The notes beneath the pieces are model-generated. The model searched no databases, was not told the origin of the DNA, and saw nothing but the letters and a program-made list of their open reading frames with translations. A stretch of 64,000 nt of DNA, from NCBI GenBank assembly GCA_051294905.1, contig CM119372.1, positions 38,194,001-38,258,000 of the forward strand, written 5' to 3'. This DNA comes from Botryllus schlosseri. Its lineage: Eukaryota. The first letter of the stretch is position 1, and every line of letters begins with the position of its first letter. The position numbers and the translations under genes are program-made. This document shows positions 1 to 13,200 of the stretch, one piece after another.

Positions 1-271
1 AAAAAGCATTTTTACAAATTAGGGATGTGGTCTTTAACTCGGAGGACTTGTACGTCAACTTGTTAGAGCACTCGAGTGTGAATGCTTTTGTAGCTTTGAT
101 TGAATATTTTCATAAGATTTTATGTCACGATGCTGTCATTATATGTTACTATCATCTTGATACTTTCAGGTGACTATCATGCCTGTAACACTGAAAAATG
201 TTTTCATTGTTAAAATTTCAGGATTGTTTGACATAAACTAATCTGAACTGTGAATTTCATCACTATTAGGG

Positions 272-651
272 CTGTGGTTCTCAAACTGGGGGACGTGAAA
301 GTATCTGAAAGGGGGTATGAAGTCGCCTGAGGGGCATGAAGTTTGTTGAACTCGGAATGAGTTTGATTAGCGCTGACGCTTCTAAGTCTCAAAAGCAGCA
401 ACGATCCTCATTATATTACAATTTGAAATGTATGCTGCGACATTTGCGATATACATCCAACTCATGACTATTGCTCCATGCGCAGTCTGAAAGTCGTATT
501 TGAGAGTTCTCTCGAAATGCTTAACTACGCGTTGGGATTGTAGACTTTCTGTTGATCCAGTTTAATGATTTTTTAGACATGACGATAAATGGAGCGCAAA
601 ATTTTTCACTGTCTTAAAGGGGGTGTGTCTAAAAAAGTTTGAGAACCACTG
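272..651. mobile_element. hAT (Charlie-like) MITE
   Basis: Termini CTGTGGTTCTCAAACT / AGTTTGAGAACCACTG. TSD not recognisable. Confidence 0.65.
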
Positions 652-863
652 GTTTTGAGAATGTAATAGATATTCCGTACTGTCGTTTGAAAAAAAGTAA
701 TTAACACATTACTATATTTGCACATAAATGTTATGTACCATGGAACTTGAATCTACATGAGGAAATCTATAGGACTTTCGTCAATCATGATACAATACAG
801 GAACTGTCAATGTTACCAATATGACCATAGGCGTAATTCTTTTCGTCTTACGTACTAGAAATA
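625..863 (+). repeat. ~240-bp segment duplicated at 2480-2715; copies lie upstream of TMEM186 and RMI2
   Basis: Shared blocks such as AATGTAATAGATATTCCGTAC, TAATTAACACATTACTA, TTTGCACATAAATGTTATGTAC and CGTACTAGA occur in the same order in both copies. Confidence 0.9.
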
Positions 864-977
864 GGCGAATTCCTGTGGAATGCCAATTTTTTTGTGCATT
901 ACAGATCAAATACTTTCTATTGCAGATTTCTATGTAGCGATATCTGACTATATTTTCACTAGTCACTCATTTCCGAG

Positions 978-1634
978 ATGTGTACAGTCTTGCTAAGATG
1001 CACAGCACGGATTACTGGTTACTATTCGTTACGACATAATGCCTTGAAAGCTACGATCAGGGCAAAGTCTGTGAAATCGTTAGAACGATACATCAAAGAA
1101 AAGCAGCTACCGGTTGGTGACCACGGTGAATACGTGACTATCTACAATTACAAATACATAAAGCCGATCGCTATGCTGTCCAGAATGAAAGTGTCGCAAA
1201 CCATACTGTTTACTATTGTGTGCGCTGGAGCATGGACTTGTAATATACTCGGAGACGGTTTCGGCCAAAATGCGATGATTTGCGTTTCAGTAGGTGCCGC
1301 TCTCTCAATCACAGTTCTTTTTATGATCGCCCATTTTTCGAGGAGGCTTATCGGCATCGTCTGGTACGATCGGACAAGCATGAACGTGAAAATTGCGCAT
1401 TTGACATTCTGGGGCCGTAGGAAAGACACGGTTCACCCGATCTTGTCTCTGTCCGAAGCCGGAGACTTCAAAGAGGACTCAAGAAATCTATTCTTGAAAA
1501 TTAAAGTGCGCGGCAGCGAGCGATATTACTACTACAGTGTGCGACGTGGCGCTGTCGTCGAGAAACCAAAAACGTTTGTGCATGTGTTCGGTAGAACTCC
1601 GTATAATTTATATAAATTGTACAATAATCTTTGA
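978..1634 (+). CDS. TMEM186: Transmembrane protein 186 (mitochondrial complex I assembly, TMEM70/186/223 family), intronless
   Basis: 218-aa ORF with a basic N-terminus. 'TIYNYKYIKPIAMLSRMKVSQT', two hydrophobic segments and 'SRRLIGIVW...VKIAHLTFWGRRKD' match TMEM186 motifs as recalled. AATAAA at 1948. Confidence 0.88.
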   Translation: MCTVLLRCTARITGYYSLRHNALKATIRAKSVKSLERYIKEKQLPVGDHGEYVTIYNYKYIKPIAMLSRMKVSQTILFTIVCAGAWTCNILGDGFGQNAMICVSVGAALSITVLFMIAHFSRRLIGIVWYDRTSMNVKIAHLTFWGRRKDTVHPILSLSEAGDFKEDSRNLFLKIKVRGSERYYYYSVRRGAVVEKPKTFVHVFGRTPYNLYKLYNNL

Positions 1635-2807
1635 TTCTCTGTAGAAGACAATTTGCATGTGATTGGTGCTGTTGGCATCAATCATTAAGTCTATTTCTGT
1701 TTCACACACAGCATCATGCTACCATGAACAGGTCAGAGGTCAGGGTTGGATTTATCTGCTATTTATAAATTTTTTCATATATTGATGATTTTTAATGGCC
1801 GTATTATTAGCGGTCGTACTTGAGCAGAAGTAGAAGTTACGTCGTAACTTTGTATTAGTTACAAGTAGAAGGCTTCGCAATTTCAAAGGCATGTACTTTA
1901 CTTTTAAAGTACTTATGAAATTGCAGGGTGCATGTTCGCGACTACGCAATAAATTGTAACCAACGGCACTACAAATGAGTGAAGCTTAATTTTTAGTAAT
2001 ATAACCAGAGTTACCATTCAATCAAGTGGCCATGTTATTCTACTGTGGTTGCCCTATTCTCGTGTCATCAGTCATGCGGTTCTATTTGCGGAGATGAATC
2101 TTTCAATTTTGGATGCAGCCGTCTGCTATCAACCACTTGAGTAGGCTACTTTTCAAACCTTTTATCTTCTGATTCCATTTGAAGTAGTTTTGTCATATCT
2201 TGCATATCACTCATACTTGTATTTAGTTGGAATTTTAGGCATTACTTCTACTCGAGTAGCTTCTACCTTGACAACATTGCTTTTACAATTACACTCATTG
2301 TAGTAGTGAATTTATTAACTCAAATTCTTTTCGTGTGCCCCTTGTCAAGAGTTAGCAGCACAATAACAAGCATACGGAAAGAGATTCAAACGGAAACCAA
2401 ATTGGCAAAGTATGACGTAATAATGCAATAATAGATACGGAGATGGTTCCTTATTCTCCCATGCACCATCCAGAGTGACGTGTCTAAAAAAGTTTTTGAA
2501 CCATTGATTTGGGGAATGTAATAGATATTCCGTACCGTGGTTAGAAAAAGATAATTAACACATTACTACATTTGCACATAAATGTTATGTACTATGGAAC
2601 TGGAATCTTCATGAGAAAATTGATAGAACTTTCGGCAAACATGATAGGATACAGGAACTTTCAGTGTTACCCGTGACCCTAGGCTTCACTCTGTTCGTCT
2701 TCCGTACTAGAGATATGCTAATTAATCTGTCGCGCGAGCCAGTTTTATCTTTTTGATTATCTGATGATTTACTTGCTCTTAGGTAATGGCAATTAAGCGT
2801 AAGCCTA

Positions 2808-3332
2808 ATGTCGGGTAAGGCGATACTTTCGTTACCAGCGTACAAAGTTCTGCTTTCCCAATTGAAGTCAGACGTGACCAAGGACGATGACGTGAAATAC
2901 AGTCGCTGGAACGTCACATTCTGTAGCAAAGCCAAGCACAAGGTGACTAACGTCTGGATCCAAGGCTACATCACCCCGTTCAAACCGAAGGATGGATACA
3001 ACGCAGACGATGAGGTGCTTGTAAATGACGGTACCGGATCCTGTTTGATCATCGGATTGTCGAAGATTCCCAAAGTCAAAGAAACACGCGAATTCAAACC
3101 GGGGAATCGAGTGTTAGTCATCGGATATCTATCACATGCGGGTCTGCAAGTGGAAGCTATCAAACGACAGTATCAGAATAACGAGATCATCGCGAAATTA
3201 AAGGCCATTAAACTGACGGAAGTTACTAAAAATCCGAACTGTGTGTTCGGTAGCGAATGGCAGAAGGAGGTCTTTGACGCGCAAGCCGCTGTTTTGGATT
3301 CAGTAACGGCTGATTCCAAGGACTGTCAGTAA
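2808..3332 (+). CDS. RMI2: RecQ-mediated genome instability protein 2 (OB-fold), intronless
   Basis: Motifs PAYKVLLSQL, VWIQG, NDGTG, PGNRVLVIG, LKAIKLTEV and WQKEV parallel RMI2 motifs (PLKVLAEQL, VWMQG, DPSG, PGKYVMVMG, LQAVKMTDL, WELEV). Confidence 0.88.
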   Translation: MSGKAILSLPAYKVLLSQLKSDVTKDDDVKYSRWNVTFCSKAKHKVTNVWIQGYITPFKPKDGYNADDEVLVNDGTGSCLIIGLSKIPKVKETREFKPGNRVLVIGYLSHAGLQVEAIKRQYQNNEIIAKLKAIKLTEVTKNPNCVFGSEWQKEVFDAQAAVLDSVTADSKDCQ

Positions 3333-4073
3333 TGAGTGCTGTGAATGGAAAGTGTCCTTAATCTGATATGAGGTTGCCTAAATGAAAACCGTCTGGTGTA
3401 CGCCACATTCCGTCTCCCCAATATGTTGGCAGGGGTAATCGGCATCAACTAGTAGAGATTTGTTTGTGCGGAAAATTACAGAGACGTCAGATTTTGCGTA
3501 GTCGGGAGAGGTCGTCCACACTGTCATTTGTGTGCCTTAAGAGTTGACTGGCCAACCAAGTTTGTGTCAACAGGAGGAATTTGTCTGCCATCTAAAAATA
3601 GTACATAGACCTTGAGCGTCTCGTCGATCCGGTTAATCGAGATTTCGTGCTGGTTATGTCATATTTTTTGATGCGAACTGTTGACAGACAACGTTCTTTC
3701 CTATTCTCTACCAGCTGCGGACGACGACCCCTGACGTGCGTCAGCCGAGAATATTTGGATGGTTCATATCAATACGAGTATACTATTCAAATGTATGGTG
3801 AAGTTCTGTGCTTCCAAGAAGCTCTTCTAATATACAATCTGAATTATATACCATAAAATGAACCAAGGATGAGTTGCATGTATTTTTACAGAGGTGGTCG
3901 GTAACGACGTACTTCTACTCATTTAGAGTAGGATTTGGCATTCACACAAACCTTGGATGAACACGCATTGCACTTTTCCAGCTTTAACATTTCGCCAGCA
4001 AGCTACCTGTATTATAGTAACAGTTTCTTATTCTTTTAGATAGTAGTTTGGTTTTGTGGTTTCTTCAACAGTT

Positions 4074-4274
4074 ATGTCTGCGAAAGGACACTCGGACGGC
4101 GTCAGCGCAGATCTCAACCTGAAAAAGCTGAAGGACGAAGAAGTCGCGTTGCTCGACGTGAAAATGAAATTGCAAGACCAGCTTCGAAGACTCCAAGTCG
4201 AGGAACTGGCCGTACGCAGTATGCTGTCATCTGAAAAACCGGAAGATAACAACTCGAAACGCAAATCTAACTAG
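4074..4274 (+). CDS. SNAPC5: snRNA-activating protein complex subunit 5 (SNAP19)
   Basis: LKKLKDEEVALLDVKMKLQDQLRRLQVEELAVRSMLSS resembles SNAPC5 LQELRKEEETLL...LHDQLNRLKVEELALQSMISS. ATG at 4074 follows a T-rich tract ending CAG. AATAAA at 4605. Confidence 0.85.
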   Translation: MSAKGHSDGVSADLNLKKLKDEEVALLDVKMKLQDQLRRLQVEELAVRSMLSSEKPEDNNSKRKSN

Positions 4275-5815
4275 GCGCAATTCGTACCTGGACTCCCAAG
4301 TGTCCAGGTGTCTGGTAAAAAAACCAGATAACCACCTTGAAATGTTCGTATTACGTACACGTAAAGGTGTCAGTATGTAACGATGATTGTGATCGATTCT
4401 CAGTAACATATCTCTGAACCCGCGTGCCGTGTAAAGTTGATTGTGCTTACTGCTTAGTGGAAGACATTTTTGTTAATGTTTTGGTGTTTTTTGTCATACG
4501 ATGCACATTGCACAATCCGTACACATAGTTGTTTAGGCATCCAGGCTATTCGGACATAGGGCGCGAGACGAGCGGCCTTGGTTTGCGTTGAGACGGGAAT
4601 TGCCAATAAATTGCCTTTGTCGTATTCAGTATCAGTTTATTAATATTTTCATCATTTCAAAACACCACAAAACTGGGATACAATGAAAAGACAGGAAGGT
4701 GTCGAAACGGCTTGGAGTATAGTATTTGAAATCGGACACCCGCACAGCCCAGATCGTTGATTGTGTGTACCCGGATGAGGGTTAGCTTAGTGGTTCGAGG
4801 TAAAGATAACGTTGTGTCTTGGCAGGAATTTCAAAAACAAGGTGCACGAAGCAGTCAAGCACTGCTGACAAAATGCGTAATCTTATCAAGCACAATTCAA
4901 TTCAAGTAAATATAAAATACAGAAAACTGAAATGGAACAGAAGTGTGAACCCCAATGTTACATAACCCGTCAAATGAGCGTTCATAACGTATATTAGTTG
5001 CAATGAAATAATTTTGTGCCAGCAACAACTTATTTCAATGCCAGGGTTGTCTACTTGTCATGCATAACGGGATACGTTTAAACAGGGTGACCATATTTTG
5101 TGATCCGCGAAAAAGGACACTTTTTACATCCTACATCAACATACACTGAATTGACAGAATTTTACAGGGATATCTAGTTTAAGATATCCCTGGAATTTTA
5201 CGGACAATTGTGATCCGCGTCGTGAATTGATTAAAAAAACTCATTTTTCAGAGCCGGTTTCTGAAAACTGGTGTCCGCGTTTGCTTATATAGTTGTCTCT
5301 ATGTCATCATTAGCTCGATCTTTTGACCTAATAAAACACGGAAGACTTTTCACTAAAAATTGAAATTTTGACGTCAAAAAACTAATTTTGACAAAATTGT
5401 GCCCTCAGCAATGTATGTATATTAGGCGTGTTCGAACATAATGTTAGAATAATTGTGATACTTTTCTTCATTTCTGGTTGGAAGTTTCTGTCCTTATACG
5501 AATTAAGTATAAGAATTATTATCCAGACTGTAGATTGTAGAGTCAAGCAGTGTACATGTCTGGTGCTGGTGCCATTTGTTGACTGAGCAATATATGCCCA
5601 AACACAGGGTTGTAACCAAGTCACATTGTTCCAAGTCACGAGTCAATCTTACTTTTGTGGTTTTGACTCGAGTCAAGTCGAGTCATATTCAATTCATCAC
5701 CGAGTCGAGTCCAAGTCTCGTATAAAGGCTCAAGTCCGAGTCGAGTCCAAGTCACAGTATTGAAGTCATGTTCAACTCATGTTTTCAATCCTGAATTAGC
5801 TTATAACTTGTAGAG

Positions 5816-6134
5816 CAGTGGTTCTCAACCTTTTTTTAGACACGCCCCCCTTTATGATAGTGAAAAATTTCGCGCCCCCCTTATCGTCATATCACAAAAT
5901 CCAACCGGGATGCTAGCAACCCCAACAGATTGTTTGATGGCATGGAAGCTTATAACTGTTGATGAGAGAATTTAAGAATATGAAATTCGGTCTATATATA
6001 GAGAAGCACACGTGAATTGGAGGTAAATCGCGCGTAGCTCGAAAACTTTTTTCAGTTGACCGCTTCTTCGCGCCCCCCTTCAGATGCTTTCACGCCCCCT
6101 AAGGGGGGCGCGCCCCCCAGGTTGAGAACCACTG
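5816..6134. mobile_element. hAT MITE with perfect 8-bp TSD
   Basis: TIR CAGTGGTTCTCAACC / GGTTGAGAACCACTG; TSD TTGTAGAG on both sides. Confidence 0.9.
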
Positions 6135-7383
6135 TTGTAGAGAATCAACGAATTCATTCTACATGCTATCTGATATAGAACCAACGAAATCACGTCTAGA
6201 TACCAGCTGATAGAGAATCAACAGATGCATGTTTTAATTGTTTATGTAGAAGTACAGTTTTTCTTTCACATTATCAGGTGGTTGACTACAAAAAGGTCAG
6301 CTTTCCTGCTTAGCCGCCGAAATAGCCGCCGGAGCGTTACTAATATGAGAGGAAATTTTGGATTAACTATACAAGTAGAGATTTTCGAATTTTACCGGCC
6401 ACCTCATAATATTGTTATATAGTGTAAAAATATGATTCATAGCAAATTTGGCTCAATTCCCACTAGAAAAAGCGAATTTATTAGAGTGGAATATTTTGGA
6501 TATGAAAAAATAGTCGGCTTACTACTAGCATATATAATTATATTATATGAAATAATTTCTCACCAAAAACACTCCCTTTATTTTCAAATATAAAATTTTC
6601 TCCTCTCATATCATTGATTCTACTTTTTAAAATTAAGCCAGATTCAGTTTTTTTTTATGCAATGTAACAATTTTACCAAGTAGCCACCCAGTAAAATAAA
6701 TAAGAAGTTATTTTTGAACAACCCTATTATACAAACATCATGCACCCAACATTAGCCATTCATTATTACTCACGTGCACAATGCACATACCTAACAAAAC
6801 GTCAAATGGACGGAGTGTATTGTGTGTTTTCACTGACAGCAGATCAAATCAATGATGAGTTACAATTCAAAAATACTAAAGTGGAAAGCAGATCATCATA
6901 TATGTTATCGTGGCATGGCCTAGAATAAATCCACATATACTGAGACACGTTCCACTATGGTGCACTAGATACAGGAATTGACAAGCATTTTGAACCACAT
7001 TGAAGGGCATTGGATACTAGGGATGGTGTGAACCTCTGAAAGGTTCAGGTTCGTGTGAACGCGAACCTTTTTGAAAGGTTCTGTGTGAACGCGAACGTGA
7101 ACCTCATGACGTCACGTGACGTCATATTGATAATTCCAACCCTATATTTCGATGAAGTGATAGCCTATATTAATGTACTTGTACGTACACGATAAATAGC
7201 GACGCATCGAGCCACATAAATTCCTCCATGAAGTAGGCCTACATATTGACGTTTTAAACGTCGCTAAATGCATCAACTGAGACAATCAAAGGATCCCATA
7301 AAATCAATATCGTCCGTCGCTTTGCCAACAATTTCGACGAGGACTTGCCAGGGAATATAAGCTTACGCCTTAACTGTCTAGTC

Positions 7384-8944
7384 CAGGGGTCGCCAACTCA
7401 AAATGGGTCGCGGGCCACTTTTCAAAATTCCTAGAGGCAGCGGGCCGCATTACTTCAATATCGAGATTAAAATAGGCAACGCAGTTTTACAACCACGTTT
7501 GCTCTACTTGCTACAATCCTGTGCTCTCTAACATTGGCGACGGGCATAGTCACCACAAAAGAAATAATATTTTATTGAAGAAGCACAAATACAACAAAAA
7601 TAACATGATAATCAATTTCATTATATTGTGAACTATGAGCTGCGCACGATACCTGACAACAGTCTGTACCAACTAAAACAGGGTTGGGCAATCCTTTTGC
7701 TGCACACAGCCACATTTCGATTACTAATGTAGCCAGCGGCCGCATTCCGGTGCATAGTCGTAATGAACTAACTGGGGCCCAATACCCACGTTAAACTGCC
7801 CATGTCCATTTCCGGTACACTCCATACTAATCTATTTAATCATATCGACTTACTATGCGACCGAAATGGTGAGTGGTCACTGGTCATGTTATGAAGAGAC
7901 ACTGGGATTCGTTCTGTTGTCGCGCGAAGCGCGAAAATTTTTTCATGTTCATGAGTGAATTTTGTCATTAAATATTAGTATACTTTCACATATTACTATC
8001 AAACATTTATCCTTTCTCGGCCAATGTGATCAGATTCACCGGTATAGTTGTTGCAGCGAGTGTCTTGGAAAAATTTAGGGAAGTTATTATAATGCTGTGC
8101 TGCATCTTTGGGTGGGTCAAGTCTTATTAAGTCCCCTTTGCTGCATGCAGTTATTTCTTGACCTCCCATCAGAATTGTCGGTGTAGTCGAAATATATTGG
8201 ATTCGCCCAAACGCAGGCCTACCAGAAAAAAATTCTTTCGTGATGAGGAGAACACGATTAAAAATTGGTATTTCTTTAGGGAGCGCATCATTTTCCTCTG
8301 CTGTTCGCATCTGTACTGTGGGACTTAGATTACAAAGGACACTACTATATTAAAATCAAAAATCAACTCGCATTGAACCGCGCTTCGCGCGAAGAAAATT
8401 TCAAGAATGATTCAAACCTCTCATTAATTAGGGAGTCATTTCGTAAATTCAATTTGCATATCGACGGCCGCCAACACATCGTAATTGAACTAAGTGTCGG
8501 AGGCCGCATAATTTTCTTTCTACTGTCGCAGATTGTCCAGCCCTGGTTTAAAGAATCGATATTGGGTTAGCTAGACACAGTAGCCTACTTGCTGGAAAAC
8601 AATCTCCACGTATAAAGTATGGTTTTTTGCAGAGCCCGAATTCGTTTTTAAACATCTAGGTCTTGGTGGTGGTGGGCCATTGCACGTCAAGGCAATTGGC
8701 CATTCACATCGGCAAATTCTTCCTCCATGGTATGATATTACCATGCCCAAGCGGTATCATCTAGTGAGGAATAGTGATATTGGGCACAGTAGAATGGATT
8801 AATCAGAACAGCACCAACAATGTGTTTACACTGAAATCAATTTCAGCATCTCAAAATGCTTTACGAAGCATTCTTTCGAAATTTCTCCAAATCAGGTCGC
8901 GGGCGCAAAACATGACCTCGCGGGCCGCGTGTTGGTGACCCCTG
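7384..8944. mobile_element. Non-autonomous hAT element containing a nested MITE (~7679-8545)
   Basis: TIR CAGGGGTCGCCAAC / GTTGGTGACCCCTG with GCGGGCC subterminal motifs. Inner TIR CAGGGTTGGGCAATC / GATTGTCCAGCCCTG. The left part is homologous to 41255-41520. Confidence 0.7.
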
Positions 8945-9899
8945 TTTTAGAGCAATTCCAACGTGTAAGTAATTCAATAATTCATAGCTTTGGCAGTAGC
9001 CTAAAACTCGGTGCGCTGGGTAGCTGTTGTTAATAGCTGGTGAACTGCACTACCTAAGACAGACTTGGATGCAATATAGGTTGCCCGGTTTCGCCCTCAA
9101 TTAGGCTACTATAAATCAGCACAATTTAATTCCATTCCAAAACTGATCAAATTTAGGATGGCAGTACAGAACGACGCCGTGCTCTCTGTAGTCACTACCA
9201 GCATTAGGATTAGTCTCAGTGCAACCTACCTTGAAGTTAATTGATGTCCTGTTCAATGTTTTTTTTGCTATTTTCAAATACGTTTGAGGAAATTTGTCAG
9301 AAATGTAAAACTTGGCCTAAGACATACCATATGTATACTATTAGATCAGGGATGGGCAACCTGTGGCCGTAGAAGGGAATTTGTGCGGCCGTTGACACCC
9401 AATTCAATTAGTATGTGTTGGCGCGGCTGTCGACGTGCAACTGGAAATTACGAATTCACTCCCAAACTTTTGAGAGATTTTAATTAATCCTCAAATTTTC
9501 TTCGCGCAATTCAACATAACTTAATTTTTCGATTTTAATATAGTAGCACCCTTTCCAATCTGAACCGGAATAGGAATCGTGTGCTCCTCGCGCAAGAAAA
9601 TTGTTGATGGTACATTTGGGCGATTTCAATATATTTCCACTATTTCCATAACGGATACAATCGACAATCCTTATGGAGGTCAAGAAATAACAGCATGCAA
9701 CAAAATGACTAATAACAATTGGCCCACCCGAAGATGCATTATTATCATTTATAACTTGTCATAAATTTTCGAAAGCACTCACTCCATGAACCCTACCGAT
9801 AAATATGTTCACGTGGGCTGAGAAAGGATAAATATTTGATAATAATATGTGATACTGCAGTAGTATATAGGATCGGTCGTGAGGTGGCAGGGGTTCTTA

Positions 9900-10222
9900 C
9901 GGGCGGGGTGGCATGCGGCTGGAAAACCGGGGGTGGCATGCGGCTCTTATTTCTTATGGCGGGGGTGGCATGCGGCTATTGTGTCTTATGGCGGGGGTGG
10001 CATGCGGCTCTTATTTCTTATGGCGGGGGTCGCAAGCGGCTGAGAAACCCGGGGTGGCAAGCGGCTGTTTTGTCTTATGGCGGGGGTGGCATGCGGCTAT
10101 TTCGTCTTATGGCGGGGGTGGCGAGCGGCTCTTATTTCTTATGGCGGGGGTCGCAAGCGGCTGAGAAACCCGGGGTGGCAAGCGGCTGTTTTGTCTTATG
10201 GCGGGGGTGGCAAGCGGCTATT
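9900..10222 (+). repeat. G-rich subterminal minisatellite (32-bp unit with 25-bp variants)
   Basis: Unit CTTATGGCGGGGGTGGCATGCGGCTCTTATTT, interleaved with GGGGTGGCAAGCGGCTGAGAAACCC. The same repeat family occurs at ~23770-24085. Confidence 0.92.
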
Positions 10223-13200
10223 GTGGTCGCACGGTAACCCTTTTCAGCATAGGGATCGGTTGCATGCTAATGTTTTTAGGTATACGTGCGGTGACATGCT
10301 AACGACGATAATGTGTCTGTCATGTATTCTTACGGGATCTCTGGTGATGTGCCAATGTTTCTTATGGGTGCGGTCGTGAATCGTACTTTTAGGTAGAGGC
10401 ATCTCTCGCACGTCGTACTTTCGCATGTCGTACTTTCGCGTATAGGCTGTGGTGGTGATTCGCCATGCGTTCTTATGGGTGCGCTCGCACGTCGTACTTT
10501 CAAGTATAGGTATCTCTCGCATGTCGTATTGGAAACTCGTGTTGGCTCGCTCACGCGGTGAAATTTTAGTAATCAGTTTGTCGCAGAACTTGATTTCACT
10601 CGTAAGATTTAATAAGTAACGAATAACAGACCGCCAGTGTCGGTAACTTGAATAGCGACAAATTGTCACTTATTTCCGCTCTAACCCTAATCCTTTGTGA
10701 AGTGAACGCTTATTCAAAAGGGTGTGATATAATTTTAAAATCCAACGACCACTCACCGGATAATGCCGCAGACATAGCAATCCCTCATGCCCGCTCACAA
10801 GGTAATATTTCGGTAATTAGTTTGTCACAGAACCGTCGCAGACGGTGATTCAAAACCAACAATTTGTCACTTGCCCGCGATCGCTATATGTTTTGACACT
10901 TCAGAAGAGTGGTTGACTTTAGTTGCGTGATACAAATCATGAGAATATTCAATCAATGCGTCAATTTGTCAACTTGAAATGAAACTCACTACACAAATCA
11001 AGTCGATTCGTATCTGAATGTTTTAAATCGGTACAACTCTAATCCTTTGACAAATCCCTTAACGCGTTTTTGTTGAACCGAACGTAACCCGAATATTACT
11101 GACGCCGACTTTCAGCCGCATCGAATTATTCGCACATTCCGCGCCACTGTTTTCACACTTATAGAATCAATACCAACTATAACTCTACAAGAATCAAGAA
11201 TCACAAGTATGTGCATTACACAGTTATTGTCTTTATTAACTTGAAATCAAACACTTAACAAAAACACGCAACTAATCATTTGGCAACTCTAGCATTACCA
11301 AAAAATTCCAGTATTGTTGATTGAAAATCCTTGAGTCATTATTATCAAAAATGTTATAGTACCGCATCGGAATCCATTCGCGTGGTGTACTAAAGTTAAA
11401 TCCAGATAATCCAAAATGAAATATTTGGACTTTGACAAACATGACTACCAACTTTGATCCAGTCACATTTCAAGATCATACTTTGAAACAATCCTTGAAA
11501 CTTACAACTCTATTCACGACTGAGTTTTCCGTTTATCAAATAGAGTTTCAGTAAATACTATCGCGATATTTTAATGTGTTACTACACACAATAGAATCAA
11601 TCAATGAAATAGCACCTGTTGTAAATATTTCTAACTTGACAACCACTTGTGCATACCGCGATCGACTTGCGACGCGATGAGTTAAATCGGAATATTTCAA
11701 TCTATTTGTCGAAACCTTGAACAAACTATCAGGTTATTTTTTGTTGTAATCGAGTGAACGGCAATAGTATTACGTCTCAACATTTTAACATCTTCCCATA
11801 AACAAAAGAGTAAAATACAAAAAAAAACCTTGTCAAGTCAATCCGTTTGTAACTTACCCAACAAAGCAAAAAGTATCCTTATGAAAAGTAGACAAGACTA
11901 CGCCAGTAATCACTACAATCCAAAATCCATAACAAGCTCGGTTGTATTCATATCCCTACGACGCGTCTTTTGTTTTTCAACTGTAAAAGTCGTTACTATT
12001 TTGCAAGACAAAGTAATTACTACTTGATATATTTTATAAACCAAAGTAAATACTACTCGGTGTGTGGTTTGAGATTAACATATTACATTTGAGTATACCG
12101 GATTTGAATGCCTGACCAACGTAGTTGAGAATTCATTTCTTACAATCAAACGCCGGTTTTACATTGAAAGGTATCATACTGTAAACATAAGGATTGACAC
12201 ATTGATTTGATATATGAGATTTTGTAATGCTCGACCACGACTTGATTATTAAATTATTCACGATAATTAGACCCGATGTTGTGGTAAAGGTTATTAGAAA
12301 ACATCACTTTTGGCATCGAGTACCAGTCGAAGTGGGTGAACAATAACACCGAAAATGATAAGTGTGTTTCGTGCTACTATTGATACAAGTTCATTTCTAT
12401 CAGGCGAAATAAACGCCATCACAAAACGCAGAGCATGCAAAGGTCTTGATTGATATGAATTTCGATTTGTGTCTTATGATACCGGCAAGCATTTTGGAAA
12501 TATTATGATTCGTTAAACCAATGTCGTATGTCCGATTATTAATTGATTGGAAACTTGATCACGTACCTCGATCATTACAGAGGAGTATAACACCATTGTC
12601 CGACAATCTTTTACAAAAGGATCGAAACCAAGTAACCCAAAGTCGTTGCCGTCGCATAAACAATTTGTACGACGTTTGCTAAATGTACCCTATACTTTGG
12701 TGTACTAGAGATATTTGTAAAACACACTCTGGTAAAGAAATCGAAAAGATATCCTACACCTAAATCTGATAAAACCATTTTGCACTTTTTGTTCGTCAGT
12801 AGTATCCATTTGAATTTTTCCATTTCCTCTCGTCAAAGTAGATGTAATCATAGTCGCTAAAGAACTTACTTGGATGTGTTTGAATTCTAGACATAGTTAT
12901 GATTTACTCAACGCAAGACCCAAGAACAACCGTAGTTAACAACCGTGCACACATATCCAAAATATCGCACACTCCGCTATTCCTAAAGTACAAACACCCG
13001 ATACAAAATATTACTTGTTGTGTTGTTGCGGCATCATCTTCACAATATCACCATTTTGTTTGTGTCAATTAGTTACTTTGTATGTTACTCCACAACTCGT
13101 ACAAAAGTACGAAGGATATTAACATCACACTAAGTAATTAACTTTACTTGATATTCTCGCATTACGAAACTAAAGAATGGTTGGTTAGACTCTACAAACT

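Noticed and set aside
3360..3860. Possible fourth gene or decayed LINE fragment between RMI2 and SNAPC5
   Set aside because: Only a weak minus-strand WRTPDG-like motif among stops; insufficient support.
9836..10379. Gly/Trp/Arg-rich ORFs here and at 23406-24141
   Set aside because: Translations of the 32-bp and 123-bp tandem repeats in several frames.
10681..10690. CTAACCCTAA (telomerase-template/telomere-like), mirrored at 21185-21194
   Set aside because: Only a 10-mer; the second copy is simply the palindrome mirror; no recognisable telomerase RNA structure or telomeric array.
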